A stretch of DNA of 64,000 bases from Chloroflexota bacterium (GTDB lineage Bacteria > Chloroflexota > Anaerolineae > Aggregatilineales > Phototrophicaceae), in the NCBI GenBank assembly GCA_033763755.1, contig JANRJX010000075.1, positions 47,548-111,547 of the forward strand. The letters are read 5' to 3'. Under the pieces are notes generated by a model. That model did not search any database. It saw nothing but the letters and a program-made list of their open reading frames with translations, and was not told the DNA's origin. A program made the position numbers and the translations under genes. Below are positions 54,966 to 64,000 of this stretch, in pieces (position 1 is the stretch's first letter; each line of letters begins with the position of its first letter).

Positions 54966-57179
54966 GTGTCGGAGCAGCGTAAGCAGAATATAGCCATTGG
55001 TCAGAGCGTGCGGCGGCTGGATGCGGTCGGCAAAGTGACGGGCGAAACGCCGTACCCCGGCGACATCGATATGCCCGACCAATTATGGATGAAGACCAAG
55101 TTCAGCGACCGCCCGCACGCGCGCATTCATAACATTGATACTCGCGCGGCACTGGCGCTGCCCGGCGTGCATGCCGTCTTCACAGCAGCGGACATTCCGT
55201 GCAATGAGTACGGGCTGGTCACGAAAGATCAGCCTGTGCTATGTGGTCCTGGCAGCGGGATGGCAGGCGCGGACATAGTGCGCTGCTACATGGATAATGT
55301 GGCGGTTGTGATTGCTGACACTGAAGCAATCGCGGCGCAGGCGGTTAAGTTAATCGCCGTTGAATACGAAGATCTGCCGACCGTCTTTGACCCGCGCGAG
55401 GCACTCTTGCCTGACGCGCCGCAGTTGATGGAGCGCTACCCTGGCAATCAGTTGTGCCACTATCGCATTCGCAAAGGCGATATGGAGGCGGGTTGGGCTG
55501 CGGCTGATGTTATCATCGAACAAAGCTTTAGCACGGGCTATCAGGAACACGCCTATCTGCAACCGGAGGCGGGGCTGGGTTATATCGATGAGCAGGGCCG
55601 TGTAACGGTCGTCGTCGCCGGTCAGTGGACGCATGAAGACCAGCACTTGATCGCTCATGCGCTGGGCTTGCCGGAAGATGAAGTACGTGTGATTTATCCG
55701 GCGGTCGGCGGTGCATTCGGCGGTCGCGAGGATATGTCTGTGCAGATTGTGCTCGGGCTTGCTGCCTGGAAGCTGCGCCGTCCAGTCAAGATTATCTGGA
55801 GTCGTGAAGAGTCGATCCTGTACCACCACAAGCGCCATCCGATTTACATGACGCTGAAATGGGGTGCGCGCAAAGACGGGTTGATTACTGCCATGCACGC
55901 CGAAGTCATCGGCGATGCAGGTCCGTATAACTACACCTCCACCAAAGTGCTGGCGAACGCCAATCTGATGGTGACAGGTCCGTATGAATGCGAGAACGTG
56001 CATACGGATAGTTACGCCGTGGCGACCAATAACATCCCGACGGGCGCATTTCGTGGGTTTGGAGGTCCACAGGCAGCGTTCGCTGCGGAAAGCATGATGA
56101 ATCGCTTGGCGGAGGCGCTCCACCTTGATCCAGTCACTATTCGCGAGAAGAATACAGTGCGTGAAGGCAGTCATCTCTCCGTCGGGACTCCCCTGCCTGC
56201 GGGCGTGACAATGCCGGAAGTCCTGGCGCGCTGCGGCGAAGAGTTCACTTTGTTAAAGACAGAGACGAGGCAAGCCTCGTTGGTGCCACAACCTCATCTC
56301 CGGCGTGGGTACGGCATGGCGGCGGGTTTCAAGAATATCGGCTACAGCTTTGGCTTCCCCGAGCAGAACTGGGCAACAATTGAATTGCATGGCAGTGCGG
56401 AGATTGAGCAGGTGATAGTGCGGCAGGGCGGCGCGGAAGTCGGGCAAGGTGCGCACACCGTCTTCGTACAGATGGCGGCGGAGGCGACGGGCGTACCGCT
56501 GCACAAAGTCCGGCTGATGGGGCACGACACCGCCGAGACGCAAACGGCGGGCAGCGCGTCGGCGTCGCGCATGACGTTCATGGCAGGCAATGCCATCAAA
56601 GGCGCTGCAGAGCGGGCGCTGGAAATGTGGAAGAATGAAGAGCGTCCCGCTATTGCGACCTATCAGTATCGCCCGCCCAAGACGACGCCGTATGACCCGA
56701 TGACAGGCAAGGCAGAGCCAAACTTTGCGTATGGTTATGTCGCGCAGGCGGTCGAAGTCGAAGTGGATATTGAGACGGGTTTGATCCGTGTGCTGCGCGT
56801 GGTCAGCGTCAACGATGTCGGACGGGCGATCAACCCGCAATTGGTGCAGGGGCAGGTGGAAGGCGCGGTGGCACAGGCGATTGGCTATGCGCTGATGGAA
56901 CATCTGGTGAGCAAGAACGGGCGCATCGTCAATCCGTATCTGTCCACGTATCTCATCCCGACAGTGCTGGATATGCCGCTGGACGTGAAGTCGGTCATTC
57001 TGGAATACCCCGATCCGATTGGACCCTGGGGGGCGCGCGGCATGGCAGAGATGCCGATGATCCCGCTGGCTCCGGCACTCGCGGCGGCAGTGCATGACGC
57101 GACAGGCGTCTGGTTCAACGACCTGCCGCTGCTGCCGGATCGGGTGGTGGCGAAACTGCGCGCTGCGGGGATTGGGTGA
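54966..57179 (+). CDS. Molybdopterin-binding large subunit of a xanthine dehydrogenase/aldehyde oxidase family enzyme
   Basis: 737-aa ORF. The N-terminal a/b-hammerhead pattern is GQSVRRLDAVGKVTGETPYPGD. The segments GGAFGGRED and GAFRGFGGPQAAFAAES are typical of the family. Confidence 0.85.
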   Translation: MSEQRKQNIAIGQSVRRLDAVGKVTGETPYPGDIDMPDQLWMKTKFSDRPHARIHNIDTRAALALPGVHAVFTAADIPCNEYGLVTKDQPVLCGPGSGMAGADIVRCYMDNVAVVIADTEAIAAQAVKLIAVEYEDLPTVFDPREALLPDAPQLMERYPGNQLCHYRIRKGDMEAGWAAADVIIEQSFSTGYQEHAYLQPEAGLGYIDEQGRVTVVVAGQWTHEDQHLIAHALGLPEDEVRVIYPAVGGAFGGREDMSVQIVLGLAAWKLRRPVKIIWSREESILYHHKRHPIYMTLKWGARKDGLITAMHAEVIGDAGPYNYTSTKVLANANLMVTGPYECENVHTDSYAVATNNIPTGAFRGFGGPQAAFAAESMMNRLAEALHLDPVTIREKNTVREGSHLSVGTPLPAGVTMPEVLARCGEEFTLLKTETRQASLVPQPHLRRGYGMAAGFKNIGYSFGFPEQNWATIELHGSAEIEQVIVRQGGAEVGQGAHTVFVQMAAEATGVPLHKVRLMGHDTAETQTAGSASASRMTFMAGNAIKGAAERALEMWKNEERPAIATYQYRPPKTTPYDPMTGKAEPNFAYGYVAQAVEVEVDIETGLIRVLRVVSVNDVGRAINPQLVQGQVEGAVAQAIGYALMEHLVSKNGRIVNPYLSTYLIPTVLDMPLDVKSVILEYPDPIGPWGARGMAEMPMIPLAPALAAAVHDATGVWFNDLPLLPDRVVAKLRAAGIG

Positions 57180-57218
57180 TTTCACCCACCCCCTCGCCAA
57201 ATGATCGGGACTTTCTCA

Positions 57219-58070
57219 CTAGCAGTTGCCGCTGCCGCCGTTGATGATCTGGGTGTTGACGCAGTTCCAGTACATGGTGTTGCTGAATGTGGCGACCATG
57301 TGGCTGCGCATCATCTGGTCAACCTGATTCTGGAAATCCTGCATTAGTAGGGCATCCATATCGTTTGTGCCATGCTGGTATTCGAGCGTATATGCCTGTG
57401 CTGCCTCTGCATCGATTGTCAGTGTTTGCGCGAGCCGCATCAGCGCTTCCTGAGCGATGACTTCCGCGCCGGGCTCTGCCAGGAAGCCAAACAGGTCTCC
57501 AGGCATCCAAAACCGTGCGCCACTGGCATCTTCGATCGTATAGAGTGCAACATAGAAGTAGCCGCTTGCGACACCAGCATCATATGTGCATTCCAGTGTG
57601 ACTTCGCCTGCCCGGTAGTCGCGGTTGCCGTCAAGTTCTGGTAGGGCATCATACTCAATGTCAGCACAGACAGCCGCGCTGATCAGTAGCTCATCGAGAT
57701 AGTACGACAAGAATTCAGCGGGCGAAACCTGCTGCACAATTGGGATTGACCAGTCGCCAAATGGCAGCGCGTCGCCCTCATACAGACCGAGCGACTCGTT
57801 GGGTTCGAGGAAGACATAGCGTTGATTCAAACCCGCGATGACCGCGATGCTGCTATCTGCGGACATCAGCACGATGTTCGGTTGCGGACTGCCCAAGAAA
57901 TCAACGATGCCTGCGTTGATCTGCCAATTAATGGGAATTTCCGCAGAATACAGGTTCATCTGCGGTTCTGTCCACGAGATAAACTCAAGGCTTTCGTCTT
58001 GGGCAGCGGCGCTGAATGTAGTTGCTGTTAGCACGAGAAGGACGAGCAGAAGGCGCTTGAACAAACGCAT
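57219..58070 (-). CDS. Secreted hypothetical protein
   Basis: Signal peptide MRLFKRLLLVLLVLTATTFSAAAQD. 283 aa, ending in Cys-containing INGGSGNC. I recognise no family. Confidence 0.55.
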   Translation of the reverse strand: MRLFKRLLLVLLVLTATTFSAAAQDESLEFISWTEPQMNLYSAEIPINWQINAGIVDFLGSPQPNIVLMSADSSIAVIAGLNQRYVFLEPNESLGLYEGDALPFGDWSIPIVQQVSPAEFLSYYLDELLISAAVCADIEYDALPELDGNRDYRAGEVTLECTYDAGVASGYFYVALYTIEDASGARFWMPGDLFGFLAEPGAEVIAQEALMRLAQTLTIDAEAAQAYTLEYQHGTNDMDALLMQDFQNQVDQMMRSHMVATFSNTMYWNCVNTQIINGGSGNC

Positions 58071-58198
58071 GTGAGGATGTCTCCTATATGTATCACGATG
58101 TGTTTATCTTAAGCACGATGGCGCTCGCACGTCTTGTGCGTTGTGGCTGTAAGGCAGTCGTCCGTTTGGCGTACAAACGCCCGAGACTTGCGTCGACT

Positions 58199-59254
58199 CT
58201 ACGGCTCAAAATTCGCATATGCCGCATCGATATTCGCACGTACCTGCGCGATGAAGTCGTCGCTGATGACCGCCTCGTGCGCGATGCTGTACCACAAACC
58301 TGCCTGCCGCACGAACGCTGACAGGTTCTTGAGCGCATGGCTCACGTCCTCCCACATAATCCCCATCGCCTGTGGGCGAATATCGACACCGACGCGGCGG
58401 ATGGCGGCAAGCATCTCGTCGGCGCGGTCGTTGTGCAGCAATGAGCCGATGTAGATGCCGAGGCAGACGGGCTGCCCGTGTATGAACTTCTTGCCTGTAT
58501 AGTATTCCAGCGCGTAGAAGACGAAATGATCGATGCCTTCGATATGGCGCGGATTCCAGCCCGCGTTATGGTACGTCGCGCCGCCCCATCGATTTGCTGC
58601 CACCAGCGCGCGGATGCCATCTTCGTTGACGGCGTGAATATCATCCAGCTTGAGCATAAGCGTATCCAGCACTTCGCGCGCTTCGTCCACAAGCCGCTGC
58701 TCATAACGCCACTTCGGTTCGCACATGCCGCGCGTGTCCGCCAGTCGCCAATCGGCATGGGCGGTGTGGTAGCAGAAGATTTCGCACACGCCGCTCCGGT
58801 TCAACTGCTTCGGCGCGCCCTGAATGACATCGAAGTCGATATAGACCGCTTCTGGTACGGCGAAACCAACATAGCGCACATTGCCACTGTAACGCAGCCC
58901 GCTGCGATGCCCGAACGGGGCGTTGACCGTGAGCGATGTGGGAACCTGGAACAGGGGCAGTTGCTTGCGCCAGGCGAAGAATTTGGCAACATCAATTGCC
59001 TGCCCGCCGCCCAAGCCGATGATGCTGTTGCAGTGCGGCAGACTGGGGAGTTCCGCTTCGAGCGCATCGCCATCAATCGTGTGGACGAGGTATGGTCCAG
59101 CGATATGTGCGTCAAAATGGGGCGCGAACATGTCCCACAGGTCGGGCATAGTGACGACCAGATAAGGCGGATTGGCAATGTATTTGAGTTCAGCGATAAG
59201 ATTGCGACCGAAAATCGTTGTAAACATGCTGCCAGTGTCGGTGGTGCGCATCAT
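58199..59254 (-). CDS. Iron-containing alcohol dehydrogenase / glycerol-1-phosphate dehydrogenase-like (DHQS-like superfamily) protein
   Basis: GGAG lies 6 nt upstream of ATGATG at 59254. Nucleotide-binding motif IIGLGGGQAIDVAKF. The 645-aa track ORF extends spuriously upstream, antisense to GH31. Confidence 0.7.
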   Translation of the reverse strand: MMRTTDTGSMFTTIFGRNLIAELKYIANPPYLVVTMPDLWDMFAPHFDAHIAGPYLVHTIDGDALEAELPSLPHCNSIIGLGGGQAIDVAKFFAWRKQLPLFQVPTSLTVNAPFGHRSGLRYSGNVRYVGFAVPEAVYIDFDVIQGAPKQLNRSGVCEIFCYHTAHADWRLADTRGMCEPKWRYEQRLVDEAREVLDTLMLKLDDIHAVNEDGIRALVAANRWGGATYHNAGWNPRHIEGIDHFVFYALEYYTGKKFIHGQPVCLGIYIGSLLHNDRADEMLAAIRRVGVDIRPQAMGIMWEDVSHALKNLSAFVRQAGLWYSIAHEAVISDDFIAQVRANIDAAYANFEP

Positions 59255-59341
59255 AAAGGCTCCGTCATTATGTGTTTGAACATGGATGTGCCAGATCGTA
59301 CCAGCAGCGCTCGTAATTCCAAACGAAGGATCAGAGTGTTC

Positions 59342-61672
59342 ATGCCCACCTACGAACTGCCGACCTTTCTGAACGAACCGCCCGCGCCTGTCGAACTTGT
59401 TAGCAAGCTTGCGCGCGTCGAACATGATGGTGCGCGTATCCTCCTGCGCTGTTACACGCTGCGCTACACGCCTGTGATCGCCAACTATTACGGGACGAAT
59501 GTGGAGACGATCTTTGAAGCGCCGACAGCGGGAATGCCTGCGACGATCTGGCTCGACTTCTGCACGGATAGCATCATTCGCATTCGCTACGCACGCGGAG
59601 AAGCCGTTACAGATGCGCAAACACCTATGATCGTCGGCAGCTTTGACGGCATCTCGCCCGATGTGCAGCCGCATGACCAGGGGGTGACGCTGCGCACCGC
59701 GCGGCTGCGCCTCGAAGTTATAGGTGAGCCGTTTCAGATCAGCATCTACGATCTTGCGGACAAGCTGATCTGGCAGACGAAGGCGATAGACATCGAAGGC
59801 TTGCGGCGACCGGAATTCCAGTGGAATCCCCAGGAGCAGCGGTGGATCTTCCTGCATCGCTACGCCTATCCGCTTGGCAGCATCGATCACGGCGACAGGC
59901 AGCAGGCGTTCTTTTCGCTCGATTTGTGCCATGACGAGCATATCTACGGCTTTGGTGAAAGTTACGGGCGGCTGGACAAGCGCGAAACGTACCAAACCTT
60001 GTGGAATCAGGAAGGCTTCGGCAACGCATCGCCCGCGTCGTACAAGCGCATCCCGTTCTACATGAGTACGCGCGGCTACGGCTTGTTCATTCACAGCGGC
60101 AATGCCATCCGCTGCCGTGTGGGGGATCTCGAGCACACGGCGCTCTCAACGATTGTGGACGATATGACCGCGCTCGACCTGTACTTCATCTACGGTGAAA
60201 CGCTCAAGGACATTCTCCCACAGTACACAGCGATTACGGGCAAGCCGGCGCTGCCGCCATTGTGGAGCTTTGGTTTATGGATGGGGCGCATCAGCTACAA
60301 CCGCCAGACGCAGGTGGAAGCCATCGCCGCCCAACTGCGCGAACATGCCATCCCGTGTGACGTGATTCACATTGATACCGACTGGTACAAAAACGATTGG
60401 GAATGCGATCTCGAATTCTGCTCGGACAAGTTCCCCGACCCGGGGGGCATGATGGCGCGACTGCGGGCGCAGGGATTTCGCGTGTGCCTGTGGCAGTGGC
60501 CTAACATCGTGATCACATCAGCAATGTTCGCGGAAGCGCGCGCAGGTGGCTATCTGGCGACGCGCGCCAACGGACAGCCGTATCTCTTTCCTGGTTTCCA
60601 GCCTGATGCAGGATTCATCGACTATTCCAATCCGGCGGCGGTCGAGTGGATCAAGGACAAGTTCCGCAAGCTGTTCGACCTGGGTGTGGCGGCGATCAAG
60701 GTCGATTTTGGCGAAGGCGCTCCGCCCGACGCGCGTTATCACAACGGGCAGAGCGCGGCGATGCACAATCTGTATCCGCTGTTGTACGGCGGTGCGATCT
60801 TCGATGTGACGAAAGAGCGCTACGGCGAAGACAATACGCTGATCTGGGCGCGGTCGGCATGGGCAGGCTCGCAGCGTTACCCGATCCACTGGTCAGGTGA
60901 TGGCGTCGCGCGCTATGAGGACTTGGCGTGTGTGCTGCGGGCGATGCTCAGTTTCGGTATGAGCGGCTTTCCGTTCTACAGTCACGACATCGGCGGCTTT
61001 AGCGGGCTGCCGAGTCCCGATCTGTATGTGCGCTGGGCGCAGTTAGCCTTCTTTGGCTCGCACGTCCGTGCGCACGGGACGCCGCCGCGTGAGCCCTGGG
61101 CGTATGGCGAGCAGGCAGAGGCGATCTTCCGCCAGTATGCCGAACTGCGCTATCGTTTACTGCCGTACATCTACAGCGAGGCGGTCGCCAGCACGCAATC
61201 CAGCCTGCCAATGGCGCGCCCGCTGGTACTGGAGTATCCCGATGATCCGACGTGCTACACCATCGAGGATCAGTATATGTTTGGGACTGCGCTGATGATC
61301 GCGCCGATACTGGATGAAACAGGGCGTCGGCGCGTCTACCTGCCACAGGGCGACTGGTACGACTACCGGACGAAAGCGAAACTGGCGGGCGGGCGCTGGA
61401 TCAGTGTGCAATGCGCGCTGGACGAGATGCCGATCTATGTGCGCGCCGGATCGATCATTCCCTACGCGCCGCTGGCACAGACGACGGACGCGCTCAGCTA
61501 TGATCCGCTGCGGGTCGAAGTTTACGTGGGCGACAGCGATGGTGAATACACAGTGACGCGGGCTGACAAGAGTCGTATCGATATTCGCGCCCGTCTTCGC
61601 GACGCGCGCATCGTCGTCACGGCAGACGGCACGCCCGGCGCTGTGGATGTGCAGGTGTACGGCGAGGCATGA
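59342..61672 (+). CDS. GH31 alpha-xylosidase/alpha-glucosidase (YicI-like)
   Basis: From MPTYELPTF. GH31 motifs are YGFGE, IHIDTDW, the nucleophile-type KVDFGEG and the acid/base-type HWSGDG. The 1064-aa track ORF extends spuriously upstream. Confidence 0.85.
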   Translation: MPTYELPTFLNEPPAPVELVSKLARVEHDGARILLRCYTLRYTPVIANYYGTNVETIFEAPTAGMPATIWLDFCTDSIIRIRYARGEAVTDAQTPMIVGSFDGISPDVQPHDQGVTLRTARLRLEVIGEPFQISIYDLADKLIWQTKAIDIEGLRRPEFQWNPQEQRWIFLHRYAYPLGSIDHGDRQQAFFSLDLCHDEHIYGFGESYGRLDKRETYQTLWNQEGFGNASPASYKRIPFYMSTRGYGLFIHSGNAIRCRVGDLEHTALSTIVDDMTALDLYFIYGETLKDILPQYTAITGKPALPPLWSFGLWMGRISYNRQTQVEAIAAQLREHAIPCDVIHIDTDWYKNDWECDLEFCSDKFPDPGGMMARLRAQGFRVCLWQWPNIVITSAMFAEARAGGYLATRANGQPYLFPGFQPDAGFIDYSNPAAVEWIKDKFRKLFDLGVAAIKVDFGEGAPPDARYHNGQSAAMHNLYPLLYGGAIFDVTKERYGEDNTLIWARSAWAGSQRYPIHWSGDGVARYEDLACVLRAMLSFGMSGFPFYSHDIGGFSGLPSPDLYVRWAQLAFFGSHVRAHGTPPREPWAYGEQAEAIFRQYAELRYRLLPYIYSEAVASTQSSLPMARPLVLEYPDDPTCYTIEDQYMFGTALMIAPILDETGRRRVYLPQGDWYDYRTKAKLAGGRWISVQCALDEMPIYVRAGSIIPYAPLAQTTDALSYDPLRVEVYVGDSDGEYTVTRADKSRIDIRARLRDARIVVTADGTPGAVDVQVYGEA

Positions 61673-61695
61673 CCGGAACTATTTTACGCAGAGAT

Positions 61696-61743
61696 GCAGG
61701 GGTGCAGAGGGATAAACACCCTGTGCTTCTGCGCCCCTGTGCT
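61696..61743. terminator. Stem-loop region between convergent genes, with alternative pairings
   Basis: gcaggggtgcagag (61696-61709) can pair with either copy of the direct repeat ccctgtgct (61719-61727 or 61735-61743). Confidence 0.4.
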
Positions 61744-61752
61744 AAATCTCAC

Positions 61753-62445
61753 TTACCGACGGCGGCTTGCCATGCTCATGAAGTAGAGCAGTTGCAGCAC
61801 CGCGCCGACAGCCGCCGCGATGTAGGTCAGTGCGGCGGCATTCAACACCGCCTTCGCGCCCTGCCGGTCCTGCTCGCTACGCATCAGCCCGCTGGCCTCG
61901 AGCAGCTTCAAACCGCGTGCGCTGGCATCAAACTCCACTGGTAGCGTCAGGAGCATGAAGATGACCATGATGCTGAACATGCCGACGCCCAACCAGAACA
62001 GCCCCATAAAGTCGAGCAGCAAACCGCCGACGATCATCAGGTAGCCAATCGTCGGGCTAATCTGCACGGCCGGCACAAGGAAGTTACGCGCCTGGATGAG
62101 AGGTGAGCCTTCCTGATGCTGCTGGGCATGACCGAGCTCGTGGGCGACAATTGCCATTGCCGCGACCGATTGTTCATCGTCGTTGCCTTCCGACAGGCGA
62201 ACGGTATGTGTGCGCGGGTCATAGTGATCGGTTAGTTGCCCACGCACCGCTTCGACGCCGACGCCACGTACGTTCGTATTCTGCTGGATGATCTGTGCGA
62301 CGGCGACGCCGCTGGCATTGGACGAATTGCGCACCTGCGACCACTTGCTATAGGCATTGCGGACCATGAATTGTGCGCCAAGCGAGAGGATGAGCGACGG
62401 GATCATCACCCACAACAAATAGCTGGGATCAAATGCGAATGGCAT
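61753..62445 (-). CDS. Putative neutral zinc metallopeptidase (Zn_peptidase_2 family membrane protein)
   Basis: AGGAG lies 7 nt before ATG 62445. Family pattern MPFAFDPSYLLWVMIPSLILSLGAQFMVRNAYSKWS, LTDHYDPRTHTVRLS, and zinc motif VAHELGHAQQH. Confidence 0.75.
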   Translation of the reverse strand: MPFAFDPSYLLWVMIPSLILSLGAQFMVRNAYSKWSQVRNSSNASGVAVAQIIQQNTNVRGVGVEAVRGQLTDHYDPRTHTVRLSEGNDDEQSVAAMAIVAHELGHAQQHQEGSPLIQARNFLVPAVQISPTIGYLMIVGGLLLDFMGLFWLGVGMFSIMVIFMLLTLPVEFDASARGLKLLEASGLMRSEQDRQGAKAVLNAAALTYIAAAVGAVLQLLYFMSMASRRR

Positions 62446-62556
62446 AATGTGACTCCTGTGAAGCCAATGCGCCTGTAAAAAACGTATATTCATCATAGTC
62501 AGCAAACATTAAAATGCTACTAGAAGCGAATTTATTTCATCACAAAAAGGGTTGTC

Positions 62557-63657
62557 ATGTCTACTTCTTCCTCCCCCAACTGGCAGGATCTTGGCACGAT
62601 TGCTGACCTAAAGGCGGTTACGCTTCAGCAAATCACAATCGGGCGCACGCGCATCGCATTGACGTATAAGGATGGACGCTTTGGCGCGGTTTCCAGCGTG
62701 TGTAATCACGTTGGCGGTCCGCTTGGATTGGGGCATCTCGAAGGCGATTATCTCGTTTGCCCCTGGCATCACTACAAGTACCACTGCATGACGGGCGAAG
62801 GCGAGCCGGGGTTTGAGGACGACCGCGTGCCGCGCTATGAACTGAAGGAAGAAGACGGGCATCTGTTCATCAACCTGAACGCTGTCACTCCGCGCAACAA
62901 GCCGCATCATGACCCGCACCCGCTGACGCGCCCTATTCGCCGTGAGCCAGGCGCACTGCGGTTGCTCGGTCTCTCCACGACGGCAATGGATCCGGCGCAT
63001 CCGCGCTATTCGACTTCCGACGCGCTGCTGATGAGCGCGCTGCAACACGGCGTTGCCCTGGGTGCAGAGACGAAACTGATCAAGATCAACGACCTGCGCT
63101 TCCGCAACTGCGAAGGCTACTACTCGAAACATGCTCATGCCTGTACCTGGCCCTGTTCGATTACACACATGGACCCCGACGACCAGATGGAGCAGGTCTA
63201 CGAGGCGATTGTTCACTGGTGTGACGCGGTGATTATCTCAACGCCAATTCGTTGGGGCAGTGCCAGTTCGCTCTACTTCAAGATGATCGAACGCATGAAC
63301 TGCATCCAGAACCAGATCACGATTGCCAACAATGTGCTGATCCGTAACAAGGTGGCGTCGTTCATCATCACGGGCGGACAGGACAACATTCAGGCGGTGG
63401 CGGGGCAGATGCTACTGTTCTTCAGCGAACTCGGTTTTGACTTCCCGCAGTTCCCGTTTATCGCCCATTCGCGCGGCTGGTCAGCCGAAGATATGGATCG
63501 CAACGTGGCGTTCGTGCAGGGCAGCCGGGAACTGCACGATGGAGCGCGCGAACTGGCGGAACGCGCGCTGGCGAAGGCGCAATCGCTGCTGGACGCCGCG
63601 CCTGTCACGAAGACCGAGCGCGGCGGTCGCAAGGGACATCATATGGAGGGGGAGTAG
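62557..63657 (+). CDS. Rieske [2Fe-2S] domain fused to an NADPH-dependent FMN reductase/flavodoxin-like domain
   Basis: Rieske motifs CNHVGGPL ... CPWHHYKY in the first ~110 aa. The C-terminal domain has an FMN_red/iron-sulfur-flavoprotein-like pattern (LLGLSTT..., CEGYYSKHAHACTWPC, DAVIISTPIRWGSASS, FIITGGQDN). Confidence 0.7.
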   Translation: MSTSSSPNWQDLGTIADLKAVTLQQITIGRTRIALTYKDGRFGAVSSVCNHVGGPLGLGHLEGDYLVCPWHHYKYHCMTGEGEPGFEDDRVPRYELKEEDGHLFINLNAVTPRNKPHHDPHPLTRPIRREPGALRLLGLSTTAMDPAHPRYSTSDALLMSALQHGVALGAETKLIKINDLRFRNCEGYYSKHAHACTWPCSITHMDPDDQMEQVYEAIVHWCDAVIISTPIRWGSASSLYFKMIERMNCIQNQITIANNVLIRNKVASFIITGGQDNIQAVAGQMLLFFSELGFDFPQFPFIAHSRGWSAEDMDRNVAFVQGSRELHDGARELAERALAKAQSLLDAAPVTKTERGGRKGHHMEGE

Positions 63658-63819
63658 CATCTTTGTAGAAGATGTGACACCGAGCAGCATAGATAGTTAC
63701 AAGTAACAGCATAGCTCTCAACATCTACAGCCGAATAAGGCTGCGTCACCACACCCACATCGAATATCGTCAAATCCTGTTGCCTCATATGGTTGGCTGC
63801 TTTAACAGGAGAGAAGATC

Positions 63820-64000
63820 ATGTTTCGTGTCACAATTGATGCTTTTTCGGGTCGCCCAAATCCAAGCTGGATCGTCGATAACGATGAGGACGCACAAGAA
63901 GTCCTGCGAGCAATTGCAGGTCAACGCGAAATTATCAGCAAACCTGATGAAGGTTTTGATGGACTCGGATACCGCGGCATGCACATTCAACTCTTTGGCG
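63820..64000 (+). CDS. Hypothetical protein, 5' part (continues beyond the window)
   Basis: AGGAGAG lies 7 nt upstream of ATG 63820. Open frame MFRVTIDAFSGRPNPSWIVDNDEDAQEVLRAIAGQREIISKPDEGFDGLGYRGMHIQLFG runs to the window edge. Confidence 0.4.
   Translation, partial: MFRVTIDAFSGRPNPSWIVDNDEDAQEVLRAIAGQREIISKPDEGFDGLGYRGMHIQLFG

Noticed and set aside
58199-61672. Two very long mutually overlapping ORFs on opposite strands: 645 aa on the minus strand (58199..60136) and 1064 aa on the plus strand (58478..61672).
   Set aside because: Only the C-terminal 351 aa of the minus ORF look like a real protein, the GLGGGQAIDVAKF dehydrogenase fold with GGAG-N6-ATGATG at 59254. Only the last 776 aa of the plus ORF look real, GH31 from MPTYELPTF at 59342. 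The upstream extensions are low-complexity Arg/Ala/His-rich 'shadow' frames antisense to the real genes, as expected in GC-rich DNA.

Overview
This is a 64-kb, densely packed chromosomal segment from a moderately GC-rich bacterium. Most genes look about 55-62% GC by eye. Several protein signatures look Chloroflexota-like: exported lipoproteins with long Pro/Thr/Ala tethers, PD40 propeller paralogues, CUT1 sugar ABC operons without ATPase genes, F420 biosynthesis genes, and cell-wall enzymes with Pro-rich tails. The taxonomic assignment is inference only. About 55 protein-coding genes are supported, and many have 1-4 nt start/stop overlaps.

Gene content by theme:
- Cell wall: partial PBP1A, TPR-SLT lytic transglycosylase, LysM L,D-transpeptidase.
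- Transport: three sugar-type ABC systems.
- Glycoside hydrolases: GH31, a clan GH-A lipoprotein, and a large GH114-like/CBM protein.
- Housekeeping: aspA-like lyase, surE, typA, coaE, efp.
- Cofactor and redox: a cofC-cofD-nitroreductase F420 cluster, a three-gene molybdenum hydroxylase operon, a Rieske/FMN-reductase fusion.
- Signalling: a LOV-type histidine kinase.

I recognised no rRNA, tRNA, CRISPR array, transposase, integrase or phage gene.

The most interesting candidates are:
1. An EF-P(-like) factor with Arg at the modification-loop tip in a KPGRG context, next to an uncharacterised cytoplasmic GT-A-like protein.
2. A MoxR-clade AAA+ ATPase translationally coupled to a Pro-rich partner that has no VWA signature.
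3. A PD40 paralogue family with a conserved four-Cys last blade and a PAWRP C-terminus.
4. A C-terminal J-domain protein coupled to a flippase.
5. A low-GC LOV kinase islet with a coupled 31-codon upstream ORF.

All functional calls rest on motif recognition by eye. No database search was run.
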